DNA of 64,000 bases from the human T2T-CHM13v2.0 reference genome, Homo sapiens. A program made the translations under genes and the position numbers. The stretch lies in assembly GCF_009914755.1 (NCBI RefSeq), contig NC_060929.1; one strand, 5' to 3'. This document shows positions 14,920 through 28,616 of the stretch, one piece after another. Position 1 is the first letter of the stretch, and every line of letters begins with the position of its first letter. The notes under the pieces are model-generated. The model searched no databases. It saw only the letters and a list, made by a program, of their open reading frames with translations, and was not told where the DNA came from.

Positions 14920-15430
14920 CAAAATTATGGCAATCAGACATTGGTGAGGGAGAAACATGGTGATACACTGAACAGAAGCCACTTAAATGCCACACATCCT
15001 GATAATGTAATATCTCCACAACTGTTTCTGTTTAAAGCTAATAAAAGTACACAGAAGACATTCCAGTCCTTTCCTATCAAATTTATTACTTTGAGCGACA
15101 AAATGACAAAATGATTAGCAGTTAATAAGGCCTTGGCTTAAAAGATTGACTGACATTGCATTACTCATTTAATTTCCGCTTCTCTGAGTTTTTTTTCCTC
15201 TTCCTTCCAGCACGGAGGGAATTAATATTATCACATCAAAAGCTTTCCTTTAAATGGGGAGAAAAATCATTTAAAAGGACACAGCCTGTGATTATTCAAA
15301 CTAGGTTATTTGCACCTTGTATATATAACAATATCACAGTACAACTTCATTTCACTCAAATTGCTGTCAGTCACTAATAGAAGGAATTTGCTTCCATTTT
15401 ATCAGCAGCATTGTGCAGCGTCAGATGGGG
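14920..15430. promoter_or_regulatory. candidate conserved non-coding element / enhancer
   Basis: Repeat-free AT-rich block with AGATTGACTGACA (PBX/MEIS-like, 15143-15155), several TGACA/TGTCA, TAAT/ATTA cores and TTTATTA. Conservation not verified. Confidence 0.4.
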
Positions 15431-17822
15431 GAGGGGAGTTCGATGTGGAATCTGATAAGACACGCAGGACGGCAGAGCAAGGCAATGGCCACGTGACCCC
15501 AGGCTGCCTTCTAGACTAATGCTCAGTATGTAAATTCTTCTTCTCCCCTCTTATTTCTTTTGCTTCTTTCTAGTCTTTGGTTTTGTTCCATTTAAAAAAC
15601 AAAATTTTAAAGCACCATACACCTAGAGAGATAAGTACCAACCTCCATGGAATCCAGGGCATAATTACAGGATGCTGATTGAGTATTTTATTTCCATTCA
15701 TTCTCAGCATTGGCAGAAAAATGATTATACCAAGGGTGATTTAACACCTAAAGAAGTATGTCCTATTCCCGTAGAATAGTTGTATCTGTGGGTGAAATTT
15801 TGAGTGTCCCAGTGCTTGGCCCGAACATCAGCCAATGATCTATCCACATTTAGGGCCTGACAGATTGAATGACTGCCCCCTGGAACGGACTGTGTTAGAG
15901 CTTCCATGACAAAGAGTTCACTTGTCAAAGGTTTATTCTTCCTTCTTAAAAAAAAAGAGGGGGGTAGGTTGGCCAGTAGGCAGAGGGGTGTCATGTGAGC
16001 AGGGAAACACCCGCTCCAGCATGAAATATGAAACATCAGTCACAAAGGTCGGGAGGGCACAGCTTGGTTACCAAGGCTCCAGGTGGATTAAATCACGTGC
16101 GTCCCAAGGGAGGACAGGGAGGCAGACAATAAAATAATATCGGAACAGAGCACCCCATGTCCCAAGGTTTGAAGACAAGCCTTGTTAATTCGGGAAACTG
16201 CAGGGTTAAATTAGTCCATGCCCTGGTGACAAGCAACACTACATATTGTGCCAGCGAGATAAATTTCCCCTCGCCTGCTCTGATACACTGGCCACTGACA
16301 GGACACTGCTGTGAGTAGTTCATTAAAGTGTCCAACTCCTAGGAAATTTTAAAAATTTATACTGCTTCCTATGGATGGCGGGGTCAAGTTCAATGGGCAG
16401 GAAAAAGCAGTAGCTCCAAGAATTATTCATGGATGACTATTTCAACAAGTTAGCATTTGTAACAAAAATTAAGAGAGCTGTATTGTCTTCACAGTTATAT
16501 TCATAGATCACAAAAATAGACCAAAAATATTGCCTTCCTGGTTCAGATCTCCAAGCTCCACAAGCAGCACCTTGAGAGGATGCTAGTGTTGTGCTGGCAT
16601 CACACTTCTAATGAGGTTGTATTTAGATAACACCTGAGCATGCATACAATAGCGTGCATTGCAACCAGGATGGCAGAGTGTGCCTCCTGCTTGGTCCTAG
16701 AGTTTCAGAGTAAAAGTAGATGCAGTTGTGGCTTAGCTACATTTTCATGTGGTAACAGGATTTCCCTGGTTTCTTCTGATCACTCTTGCCTGGGCAGTCT
16801 GTGGGAGCCCACCTTTCCTTGATGGATTGACCTTCTTTGCCTGTGTGAAGGCTTTCCCAGGACGGAGGCACGCTAAGCAGTCATGCTCCTGTTAGTGGCG
16901 CTGCACCTTGCTGGAAGGTTCAACCACAAGGCCTGTGTGTTGCTGTGGGGTCTTCTGTTTATTGTGAAACAGTTGTACTTCACAAGCCCTCAGAGTCCCT
17001 CTAGCTGGAGAGTTCTGTCAACACATTTGTAGGAACTGAGGAGTCACTGGGAGGCTGAAGAAAGAAGACTCAGGCCCCACAACAGTCTCCCCATGAAGAC
17101 GCCCCCTCTGTTCACTGTAGCCAAGGTAATTACAGTGATGCTTGAAGCTACCACATCTCTATGTCAAAGTCACTTGTTTTTGGAAATGTAATGAGACACA
17201 ATTTTAATCATAATAACTTAAGTAAAACTGAGCTTAGTCTTCATTGAAAATATGATTTTCAAACAGAGTTCTACAGATAAAATATCTTTTAAAAATATTA
17301 CTGAATCTCTTGATAAACCATCTGCTTAGCTTTCATTTCTTAAGAATTAAGACATGTGTATTCACACTTGTTTACTCTAATATGAATCTTTCATTGTCTA
17401 AATAATTGGAATAAGCACTGTGATATTGAATCAAGAGCTGACTTGAGATGAGAGCTCACACCCTGGTCTGATGGAACCATCGGAGCTGAGTCTCTGGGAG
17501 CCCTCAGAGAGAAAGGAGGGGCTTGTCTACTCCACTCAGCCATCATCAGGCACTGACTGGCACAGTGACATAGCCCTGCTCTAGGTTGCCCTGGTGGCAT
17601 AGAGGAAGTGTGGAGAGTAGCCTGTCCTCCCCAAGGACTCACAGCAACCAGAAGGGGCACTGATGGACCCTCAGTGTTCTCTAACACTGTTACCCCTGAA
17701 ACTAAGAATCATCCTTAGGTTGAGAACTACCATTGCCAAAATTTAACGAGAGTGATTTCAAAAATGAAGATTTATCTAGCTACGAAAATGTTTAAAATGA
17801 CTTAAGACATATGTTTCACTTA

Positions 17823-18162
<340 letters not shown>

Positions 18163-18609
18163 TTAATTATCCAGTGTAGGTACTGAAAGGAATACTTATC
18201 TCAAAATGAGAATACCATTTCACAACTGCTCTGATGCCAGGGTGGGGTGAATCCTGAAGTCAGGAATTTCTCTGATGGTGGTTGTATCATCTTGGGTCTT
18301 CTCTCTGGAGTAGAAAGTTACCTCTAAACTGCTAAATTCAACAATAATGATGACACTTCTCACTTATAGTATGCTTTAACGCACATTTTCTTAACCAAGA
18401 CTGCCTTCCTTTTACTAAGTTGTATTTGGCAACTTTTTTAAGGATATGTGGGAAAAGGCTTTTTTCCAGAGAAACAAGAAACTCATTTAAAAAATTGGAG
18501 ATATCTGAGGTACATCTCACAATAGCCTTTAAAGAAGTAAGTACTATGAACACCTCAGTGTTTATGGTTTGTCCTGTGAGATTAAAAATTGCATTTGTCT
18601 GGGATTCCT

Positions 18610-19120
18610 GGGCCCAGGATTGATTTGGGAGATGCTTGGGGATTCAGAGTTCCGGGAAGGGAGGAGGAGCTCGATTCTGGAGCATCCAGGTGTTGTCTTG
18701 GAAACCCAAGCACCAGAGGGGCTCAAGGTGGAAGCGCTGAGCAACAATGTGCACACCTCTATGAACCTGGATGAAATGGGAAGCCTGGAGCTCACTCTCC
18801 GAAGCTGGGAAACATGAATGGACTTGGAGACTCTTATAGTGCAGATCCACCGAAACCACAGAGCCCGACAGGTGGGGCTGAGATGAAGTGTCCATGAAAG
18901 GAGCGAGGAACATGGCAGGAGCTCACCCAGGACAGGCAGGGGCAGAAGCACAGAAGCAGTTGCCGAGGCTCTTTGGTGATTTGTTCTGTGTTAAGATGGG
19001 AGCTACTTGAGCACCTTGGATTGCTGGTGGAAATGATCTAGCAACTGTGGCCAGGAGAGTGATGCTATGGACGGGGAGGGGACGCCAGAAAGGGAGGAAG
19101 TGCAGGTGACACTTGAGATT
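18610..19120 (-). mobile_element. possible degraded L2 LINE internal fragment
   Basis: Purine-rich sequence loosely resembling antisense L2. Very diverged; boundaries uncertain. Confidence 0.3.
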
Positions 19121-20884
19121 GATTCCCAGGGCAGCAACCTACTTAGGCATGTGAGGGCCTGTCTCACCGCACTCCGCCAGGCTCAGGAAGACAAATGTCA
19201 CCACAGAGCAGAGCAGTGGGTTCTATTAAGGTTGTGGTTGCCAAAGGAGGACCACCAAGAAAGAGAGAGTTGCAAGAGCATGCTTTGGTCACTGTGCCTT
19301 AGACTCCACATTGTAAAGGATGAAAATGAGGGGAGGAAGAGGCTGATGGAGAGAGAATACTAGGTCTAAACAGTGGCCATCTTCAAAGCAGTCAAGTCAA
19401 CCATGGCACAACTAGTGGACTCTGCTGGAGGACAAAACATTGTGGTCAGAGAGTGGAGGCTGGAAATTCTGATGGGAGAGGTTGTCATGAAATAACACAC
19501 TACCAAAGGTGACAAATACTACACTGCTAATCCGTTGTTTAGTGTGTAAAATGTTGCTGAAATGAATCATTCTTGCGGCAGGCATGTTGAATCTCTTCCA
19601 AAAAATAGGTGGCAGCAAATTAAAAAACAAACAAACAAAAAAGACTTATAAAGATGGTAAATGATGAGGGAGAGAATTAATAAATCAGGAACATCTCAAC
19701 TTTCCAGACATTTCAAAGTTTTTACAAAGTCAAACCTACTGACCATGAATATCACCATCAGTTTACTGCTTTTAGTCATGAGAGTGGGGGCTCTAGACAC
19801 CAGACAACAGTGGCTGAGTGGCTGAAAAAATACCTAAAGAAATGCTTTGTGTCCATTTTAATGTAGCTTATATTGTAGGGGTCACCAGAAATTTTGCTGA
19901 AAACCATGGAGGGTTATGGTGGCATGGATCTACGTATTGGTAGTCAATGCAACACTGTGGATCAAGAATCTTTCACACTATAGTGAATTCCACTGGCTCT
20001 GCTTCCCCCTCTTCCATTAGCTAATTTGTTCTTGCCTGTCTTCCCACGAATGCAAATCAGTCTCCTGAGCCACGAAGAGCAGGCTGCTTTCTCCTGCAGC
20101 CCCGAGTTTTCCCACTGGACCCACCGGGCATTTCTCGGTCTTTTAAGATGTCATTTGTGGTCCCTAGGTGTCCGATCTGTTAAATGAATTAGCCATCTAT
20201 TGTTCTGACTTTGAGCTGCATGACCTGCCCATTCCGGGCTTGGCATTTTCTACCACGGGGCCCCATCTATTACTGCAGTGCAGCCCGGGTCCTCAAGCTG
20301 TAAATCATCCTAGGGAGACGTTTTGCCCTTTCTCCCTTCCCCGGTGCTGGTGGCCCCCACCACTTTGCTTCCCATGCATTTATGTCAGCTCATCACAGCC
20401 TTCTGAGAGCGCCAGGGAGTACAGCTGGGGGAAGGGTCCATGCAGGCTTGTTTGGGGGTCCACGTTGTGTTAGGCTTTAATTGAATTAACCATCCGTTTT
20501 CTGTTCTCCGAGTCTATCATACACACAGAAACAGTTTTAAGCCCTAAATACCAAATATTTTAAATAAAAGTTAGAAGCTTATCGAGGCCTAATGATGACA
20601 TCTCAGATTAGTCAGGAATACATGTATCCTCATTATACAGAAGTGAGGTAGGCGAAAGTTAAAGAAGACAAATAAAAACAGGATGGAAGTGGTGAGATTC
20701 CCGAATTCTGCTGCCTGACCATCCTGTGCACGGCACTGACCTCCAGCTCCATTCCCTTCCAAGACTCTACACAGTTGCTCTCATTCCTGGTATTTCATGT
20801 TTAACCTCCTTGTGCCTTTAGAGAATCACATTTCTAAACTCCTCCCATAGGTGTAGGCTGAGAGATCCTAAAGTAAGAGCCCCT

Positions 20885-21075
20885 TCTGAGGGCTCATTCT
20901 GAGCCAGTCCCTGCTCCAGGAACTTATGCTGTCAATTGCTGAATGCTCATAACAGCCCTATGTGCCAGGTGATGTCATTATGCATGTTGTGCAGATGACA
21001 ATACTGAGGCTGGGGGAATCAGAGGCTTCCCTGAACCACATAACTGAGCCACAGTTTATATGGATCTGCTTCTGG
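20885..21075 (-). mobile_element. MIR SINE
   Basis: GAATGCTCATAACAGCCCTATG...TTGTGCAGATGACAATACTGAGGCT corresponds to the antisense MIR core (ACAGATGAGGAAACTGAGGCT). Confidence 0.65.
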
Positions 21076-21739
21076 AAAAAATGTCAGAATGGGTCACTCA
21101 CAGAGACGACAGCAGCTCCACTCATTCTGGACACCAGCCCAGAAGGTGGGCTTTGTGCTTCAGTATTATTGAACTCTCCCTTACCTGGTACTTGATTTAG
21201 TCACCGAACACTTTGATTTTAATTTAGTACTTCAAATTTCATTTCATAGTGATTCATCCCATTATTTATTAATTGCCAGCCATATGTCAGTTGGGACACA
21301 GAACGGAAATAAAACATGTTACCAATGCATGATTACCACCCAATCAATAATGGAATAGGGTCTGATGCAACGTAATGTGCTTTCTGCAGGACGGCTTCTG
21401 TGCTGGAGCCCACGTGGGGACCATGCGGCACTAGCATGGCTGAAGAACTCTTGCCCGGAGCAGCCGGTGGAAGGATGATTCTGGAATAGGGCCGTGCCTG
21501 TACAGCCAGAAACAATATGGTAAAGTTGGTGAAACAAGGCCATTTGCCACAGCTGAGCTCTGGATACAGAATTGAGAAGCACAGTGCTTCTGTAATCTTT
21601 GAGAAAACACATGGCGTCATGAGGTCAAAGAGCTGAAACGCCCAGCCCATAGTCAGTCAACTCTCACTTCATTGCAGTCAAGAGTGGTGGCTGCTGCTCA
21701 CAGAGCAATGGATGCACAGTGGGTCTGTTTGCTGTGACA

Positions 21740-21890
21740 AGGAGTGAGGACTTCATGCTGGCAGTGATGGGGTCACTGGAGCTGTCCTAATGGGGTTTGA
21801 CATGATTAGATTTGCTTTCTAGAAAGATTTCTCTGGGAGCTCTGTAGAGAAGCACAGCTCTGTAGTGGAGCACAGCTAAGGTGGAGGCAA
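21740..21890 (-). mobile_element. L2 LINE fragment
   Basis: TGACATGATTAGATTTGCTTTCTAGAAAGATTTCTCTGG matches the hallmark antisense L2 string TGACATGATCAGATTTGTGTTTTAGAAAGATCACTCTGG. Confidence 0.6.
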
Positions 21891-21891
21891 G

Positions 21892-22795
21892 ACACAAACA
21901 TGCACATAAGTACACACCACAGGCATGCACATGGATACACGTATGGGCACACATGTGTGTGTACACCCATCCACATGTGTGCACTGGTACAAGCCATACA
22001 TGTGCACACATGAGCTCACATGCATGCACCACACATGTGTGTACTTACATGCACAAACTCCTGTCCACAGAACATGCACATGCACACAAGGTCTTCCATG
22101 CACACACATTACACATGTGCACATGCATGATCACATGCACAAACCCCTGCACACACACTGCACATGCACACATGGGCTTCCATGCACACACATTACACAT
22201 GTGCACACGCATGATCACATGCACAAACCCCTGCACGCACACTGCACATGCACACAAGGTCTTCCATGCACACACATTACACATGTGCACATGCATGATC
22301 ACATGCACAAACCCCTGCACACACACTGCACATGCACACATGGGCTTCCATGCACACACATTACACATGTGCACACGCATGATCACATGCACAAACACCT
22401 GCACGCACACTGCACATGCACACATGGGCTTCCGTGCACACACATTACACATGTGTACACGCATGATCACATGCACAACCCCTGCACACACACTGCACAT
22501 GCACACATGGGCTTCCATGCACACACATTACACATGTGTACACACATGATCACATGCACAACCCCTGCACACACACTGCACATGCACACATGGGCTTCCG
22601 TGCACACGCATTACACATGGGTACCCACATGATCACATGCACAACCCCTGCACACACACTGCACATGCACACATGGGCTTCCGTGCACACACATTACACA
22701 TGGGTACACACATGAACACATGCACAGACCCCTGCACACATGCACCTGCACACATACCATGCTCATGCATGCACGGGCTCACATGCTAACACACA
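21892..22795. repeat. CA/TG-rich minisatellite: 8 units of 83-84 bp (22076-~22740) within a degenerate (CA)/(TGCA) field
   Basis: Unit starts (GCACATGCACACA) at 22076, 22160, 22244, 22328, 22412, 22495, 22578 and 22661. Confidence 0.95.
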
Positions 22796-25700
22796 GCACT
22801 GGGCACAATAATGTATGACGAAAATCAGAACGACCACATAGTTGCTGTGATTTTCGAGTCAGGGAATTTCAAAATTTCTTCACCGACAGGAGTCCACGAG
22901 AAGGCGTTTTTAGAAATAGGGGGGATAAGAAGAAAAAGGGCAGGTACCTCCTCCCCACGGGCCCGCTCCCTGGGGTTTCATGTTTTGCTCCATGCATGAG
23001 GAACATGCTCATTTTTGTTGCTGATTTGCAAGCCTAGAAACATCAGTCTGTGCTTCAAAACACTGCAACTGGTTTCTTTTTTGTCCACATGAAATTACCA
23101 TCCAGCTTAAGATATTCAGAGTATATAAGCCCTAAAGTAATTTTTTTTTGCAAAAGTAATAAACTCCTATAAATCGAAAGAAGGGATGCCATCTTAAACT
23201 CACTCCTGGAATTGCTTGTGTAATGCTGTGGTTCCATAATTGTACCTTGTTTTAAATTCATATGTATTCATTTCATCAAAATAGTCTATATTTTATACTG
23301 ATAAATTTATCAATAGAAAAAAGATTCCACAGAAAGATATAAAAAATTACCTGCCAAAATAATGATTTATGCTGGTTTTGAAGCTTCCTCTCTATTATTC
23401 ATGTGCACAAGACTTTTTTTTTTTCATTTTGACATTTACTTCACATTATAAAAACGTGTTCCTCTAAACCAATGTCTTCATTTGAATAGCAGGTAGGGAG
23501 GAATGGGCCCGAGTGGCAGCTTCTGTGTCCGAAAGGCTCCGTTTGTGCGGAGCCCCTGCAGGTCTCTGTTTGCCAACAGGGATGGACCAAGGGTTGGGTG
23601 GGCTTGTCCACCATGAAGTGAGAGGACAGATCCCACAGAATCTCAAAGCCTTGTGGGGAGAAAGCAGGAAGCGAATGCCTTCACCAGTGGCTGATTAGAA
23701 ATAGGGTTGGTTTTTGGTGACGTTTACTTGAAAGGTCAAAGGCAACATGTTGCCAGTAACATTACAAATTAGAAGAATAAATAATCTGTGCATTGGAAAG
23801 CAAGCTGGGAAGAGGGTTGCAAGCCCAGTCAAACTTTCAGGAGGTCACTTTCACTCCTTCTGTTTCCCTACAAGAAGTTTCCAGCAGCAGCTCTAAGTCC
23901 AAAGAGTCAGAAAACTGCACAGAGCGTTGAGAATGCTGCCTTGGGTGAGGAGGGGGTAAGACACTCAGATAAAGGTCAGGTCGGTCACTCTTGGAGCAGG
24001 AGAGGGATGGGGAGGAGAGAGGGAAGAGGTGGGAATCACTAGTGAGAAAATGAGCCTGAATCTTGAGCCCAGGTGGCACCTTTCCCCTCTCCAGGGGGAC
24101 AGGCTCATGATCAAAGAGCTGCTTGGGGGATTTCTGGGGACCAACTACTCCCTCCATTTGACCTTAGATGGCGTGGTCTTACCAAAGCTCCAACAGGGCT
24201 GAAGCTCCTCTTCAAGCACCCAATCCCTAAAGGAATCTCCAACACTAACGTGCATGTGTTGGTCCGTGTAGCTGGTCTGTATAGCAGGGACAAACGGCAA
24301 TCCATGGGCTCAAGTCCATGACAGAATTGAACTTTCTCCAGAAGTTTGTAGTCCCTCTAATATCTATCTTGAATCTTCTTCCCCCTGGAGTGGCAGAAAC
24401 TTAAAATTGCATCAGATGGCAACAATCCCTCTTTCTGTCTGTTTTGGGTGTTTACATAGACCAAAGGCTCGGGGTGAAACAGTCTTGTCGTCTCGTCTCT
24501 CGGCCTAGGATGATGTCACGGAAAGGAGACCTGGCTCCGTGCAGAGTGGTGTCGTCCCACTGGCCCCCTCTTCAGGAGACTCTCTGTGGCCTGGTGTTAG
24601 AGGTGACGTGCCTTGCAGCCTGAGTCTACAGAAGTCTCCATCCCTCCACCGCGAAGTGCTGTCATGGAAACACCTGCATCCTATTTAGAGCACCGTGCTG
24701 CCTCCCACCCTTCAGGATAAAGGCTCTCTCAGTGTTTTAGCAATTGTCCTCTTGACACACATCCCAAGTCCATCCTCCCTGACTGTGTTCTGATCTGCCC
24801 ACATCTAATTTCAATGGCGACGTCTCGAATGAATATGAATCCAAACCCACTTTACTTAAAGCCCCGAGAACAAAGGGAAAATGCTATGTGACATGTCTTA
24901 ACCTGGGGTGGCATGTGTCCAAATGCAGCCATCAGAGGTGTTGCTGGGTTTTGCTGGTTTGTTTGTCTGTTTGCACAAACACCTCTTTGCTCTCTCATGC
25001 TGAGCACAGTCCCCACCCCCACCTTTCTCCTTGCTGAGGGAGCAAGGAGTTGGAGCATTGAGTTGGAGGCAACTCAATGTTCACATCCTAAAGTATTTTA
25101 TCTTTGCAGCGTTGTCCACGGACTGCATGGGTTTCTTGTTGGCAACACATGAGCATTGTAATGAAACAATTTTTGTTCAACAGTTTAATGTCTCTATCCC
25201 CACCTATGATATTACCTGCAAGATAGCTGGGGCCTTGCGGTCTTGCTCACGATCCCATTTCCAGGGGCAAACACATGCTCTGCACATGACTGGTAAATGC
25301 CAAATATTCAGTGAAATTAAAATATAGGAACAGTGTAGCTCGCTCCACTTGTAAATTTTCATTTAGTGCTGTTAGTTCGTCTCCACTCTGTGTTTCCAGA
25401 TTGGCCTTTAGAGCCCAAATTACATTTGATCCATAAGTCCCCAAACTCCAGGCCCAAGCTAGAGGAACAGAGTTTCCCATATTCCCCTAAGTCATTGATG
25501 CAAGTTTGCAAATCTCCCCAAGGTGACATCACTTGACACTTGACACCTTAGATAGAGTTATCCCTCCAGGGAAGGGTGGGACTGAAAGTATGGCCAGCCT
25601 ATTCTGGGACTCGGAGACTGTTTTTAAATAAAGTCTTCAGGATGCGTTGTTCTTGAGTGTTTTGATCAGAGATGCGAGGTCATGGTGAGAGATGGAAAGA

Positions 25701-26087
25701 TTATTAGAGAATACTAATTACCAATATAGTTGTATGAATCCACAAATCAGGATGAAACCCCCGATGTCTCTAGAATTACGGCTAACAACAGTAGAACTTA
25801 CTGAATTTTGGAGATTTTCATCAACACACAGAAATTGTAGATTAGGTGTAGGCCCAAACGCTCCCCTCTTTACACACTCATGGAAAACTTTTAATTCCTT
25901 TTTTTCACTCTATGAACAAAATGGCCATTTGCTTCAAATGCTTTCCCACATCTCTTCTGGCCATGGACTTGCACTGCAGCACACACCTGAGAACCTGGAT
26001 ATTGTACCCATCCTTGTCAATCGTGATGGGCTAATGTATATCGGCCTATTGGAAATCCCAGGGTAGCTGGGTTCTGTGTTAGGGGTT

Positions 26088-26551
26088 TGCGATAATTAAA
26101 TGTTTAAATTTTGTGTCAACCTGGTTGGGCTATAGTAAAGAGTTATTTAATCAAACACTAGTGTATATGGAGTCAGAAGGTATTTTGAAGACTGGTTAAC
26201 ATCTACAATCAATGGACTTGAAGGAAAGGAGGTTACTCTTATTATGTGGGTGGGCCTTACCCAATCAGCTGAAGGCCTTAAAAGGAGAATTGATTTTCCC
26301 TGGAGAGGAAGGAATTTTTCTTCAAGGCTGTAATATAGAAACCCTACCTGAGTTTCCACCTTGCTGACCCGCTGTACAGATTTTAGACTTGCCAGGTCCT
26401 ACAAATTGTATGAGCCAATTTTTTTTAAGTCTCTCTCTCTGTCTCTCTGCCTTAAGAAAGAGAAAAAAGATCTATATTTATATCCATACCTATGTATACA
26501 TATAAGCATTTCCTAGAGGTTTTATTTCTCTGGAGAACGCTGATTGGTACA
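26088..26551 (+). mobile_element. ERVL solo LTR, MLT2D/MLT2C-like
   Basis: TTTTGTGTCAACCTGGTTGGGCTA... TATGTGGGTGGGCCTTACCCAATCAGCTGAAGGCCTTAA... GTATGAGCCAATT... TTTCTCTGGAGAACGCTGATTGGTACA end. Confidence 0.8.
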
Positions 26552-26834
26552 AGGCCTATTACTTAGAATTGCTAAAGATCTATCTCAAATATTTCTCACT
26601 TTTTCCATGGAGATTATCATCAGAAACCTCTTACCTTCTTTGTCTCTGGACTTAGAGTGGATATCTCTGTCATGTTGCTCTGATTTTATTCACACTACTT
26701 ACTTCTACCAGGCACTATAATACTTTAGATTAGATTAGCTATAATGTTGTATTAATGTGACACTTTATATATACTATAGTACAGTATATCTCATCACATT
26801 AACTTACACACACACACACACGTATTTGTTTGAA

Positions 26835-26990
26835 GACCTTCTCTGCCCACAATGAGACTACAAGTTGCAAGAAGGGGGGAAATGTCATCTGTTCTCTCTT
26901 CTGCCATGTCTTCATCACCTAAATCTGTTCTTGGCACATTATAGTTGCTCGTTAAATAACTGTTGAAAGCATACAGAATGACATTAATAA
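26835..26990 (+). mobile_element. L2 LINE 3' terminus
   Basis: AGACTACAAGTTGCAAGAAGG...CTTGGCACATTATAGTTGCTCGTTAAATAACTGTTGAA resembles the L2 3' end (CTGGCACATAGTAGGTGCTCAATAAATATTTGTTGAATGA). Confidence 0.6.
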
Positions 26991-27919
26991 ACATCATTCA
27001 TACAATTCCTTCAATGTGTGTATCACATTAAACGCAAAACATTTGAAGGAAAACTGCACAGGGCTTTTTGTCATATTGTAGGCAGCTCCAGCAGTAAAGC
27101 GCATCAGTGTGTTAGAGAACTGAAAGACAAACCTCAGAATGAGGCAAGGATGAAGGTGGCTGTGGCTGCTTCGGGGTCTGCAGGGGACCAGTGAGGTGAG
27201 CAAGTGGCTTCCCTCCCCAGAGCCACCAGTCCTTTGCAGAGCAGGGCAGGAGGGCAGGCCCCGGTCCCAGGGCCTCTGGTGACTCCGGATCTGCCAGGTA
27301 CCGGCTAGCTGCAGGGATTTTTCTCTTCACCCCTCAGATTCTTCATCCTAAAAGAGAGTTATGGCTTATTAACATCAGAGGAACGCAAGAGGGCTTTAGG
27401 AGCTAGTGTCTGGCTGATGCTCAGAGCACTCCTGAGACTGGGGCCTCTCTGTGCTGTTGGCTTTTTCTACAGAATGGGGACTGTAAAGGAAGATGCCTCA
27501 ACTTTGCCCTCCTTGCAGTTCAGGCACCTCCCATCACTTTCACACACACTCCTCCCTCTCCATCTCCTGAACTCCACATACACCTTCCACGGGGTCTGAA
27601 GTCTGGCCTGGAAAAAAGGTGTGATTATCTAGTAGCTGTTAAACCTGATAATAATTCTTTGATTTTTGAATAATTACTATTCATGTTAGTCAGATATCAT
27701 CGGAGACTAAGGTATTAGTCAATGTTATTCAAATTCTCCCCCTCAGTGGGTAAATGGAATCTACGCTTGAATTTCATGAGGTTCCTGACTTCAACCTTCT
27801 CATCTGCAATCCCAGGCTACACCATGGTCTTCAAAGAGAATTTGTGTTTTATGTTCAGCACATAGAGAGGTGCAATAGGTGGTTTTGTGTCACTCAGTTA
27901 AAAAATACATGATAAATAA

Positions 27920-28327
27920 AGTAGATGATAGATAAATAGATGATAGGCAGAAATGATGGACAGATAGGTAGTAGATAAGGGATGAATGGATATAGAGGTA
28001 GATAGGTAGATGATAGATAGATTGATAGATAATAGAGACAGAGAGATGGATGCATGGATATACAGGTAGGTCAATAGATGATACATAGTTAGGTAGGTAA
28101 GTAGAGAGAGAAAGAGAGAGAGAGATGGATAATAGAGACAGAGATGGATGCATGGATATATCAGGTAGGTAGATAGATAGATAAGAGACAGGGAGATGGA
28201 TGCATGGATATACAGGTAGGTCGATAGATGATACATAGGTAGGTAGGTAAGTAGAGAGAGAGAGAGAGGGAGGTGGATAATAGAGACAGAGATGGATGCA
28301 TGGATATACACAGGTAGGTAGATACAT

Positions 28328-28379
<52 letters not shown>

Positions 28380-28445
28380 CATAGATACATAGATACATAG
28401 ATAGATAGGAGACAGAGAGATGGATGCATGGATATACAGGTAGGT

Positions 28446-28476
<31 letters not shown>

Positions 28477-28551
28477 AAAAGAGAGAGATAATAGAGACAG
28501 AGAGGTTGATGCATGGTATGTAGATAGGTAGACAGATGATACATAGGTAGG

Positions 28552-28593
<42 letters not shown>

Positions 28594-28616
28594 CATAGAT
28601 AGATAGATAGGGATAG
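27920..28616. repeat. complex (GATA)n/(GGTA)n/(GA)n tandem region
   Basis: Pure (GATA)13 at 28328-28379 and (GATA)10 at 28554-28593. The block GATGGATGCATGGATATA recurs at 28045, 28143, 28195, 28291 and 28419. Confidence 0.97.

Noticed and set aside
21787-22632. 222-aa and 235-aa His/Cys/Thr-rich ORFs resembling metal-binding proteins
   Set aside because: They arise from a stop-poor 84-bp CA-rich repeat that is open in several frames on both strands. The frame shifts at the 83-bp units, and there is no splice or promoter evidence.
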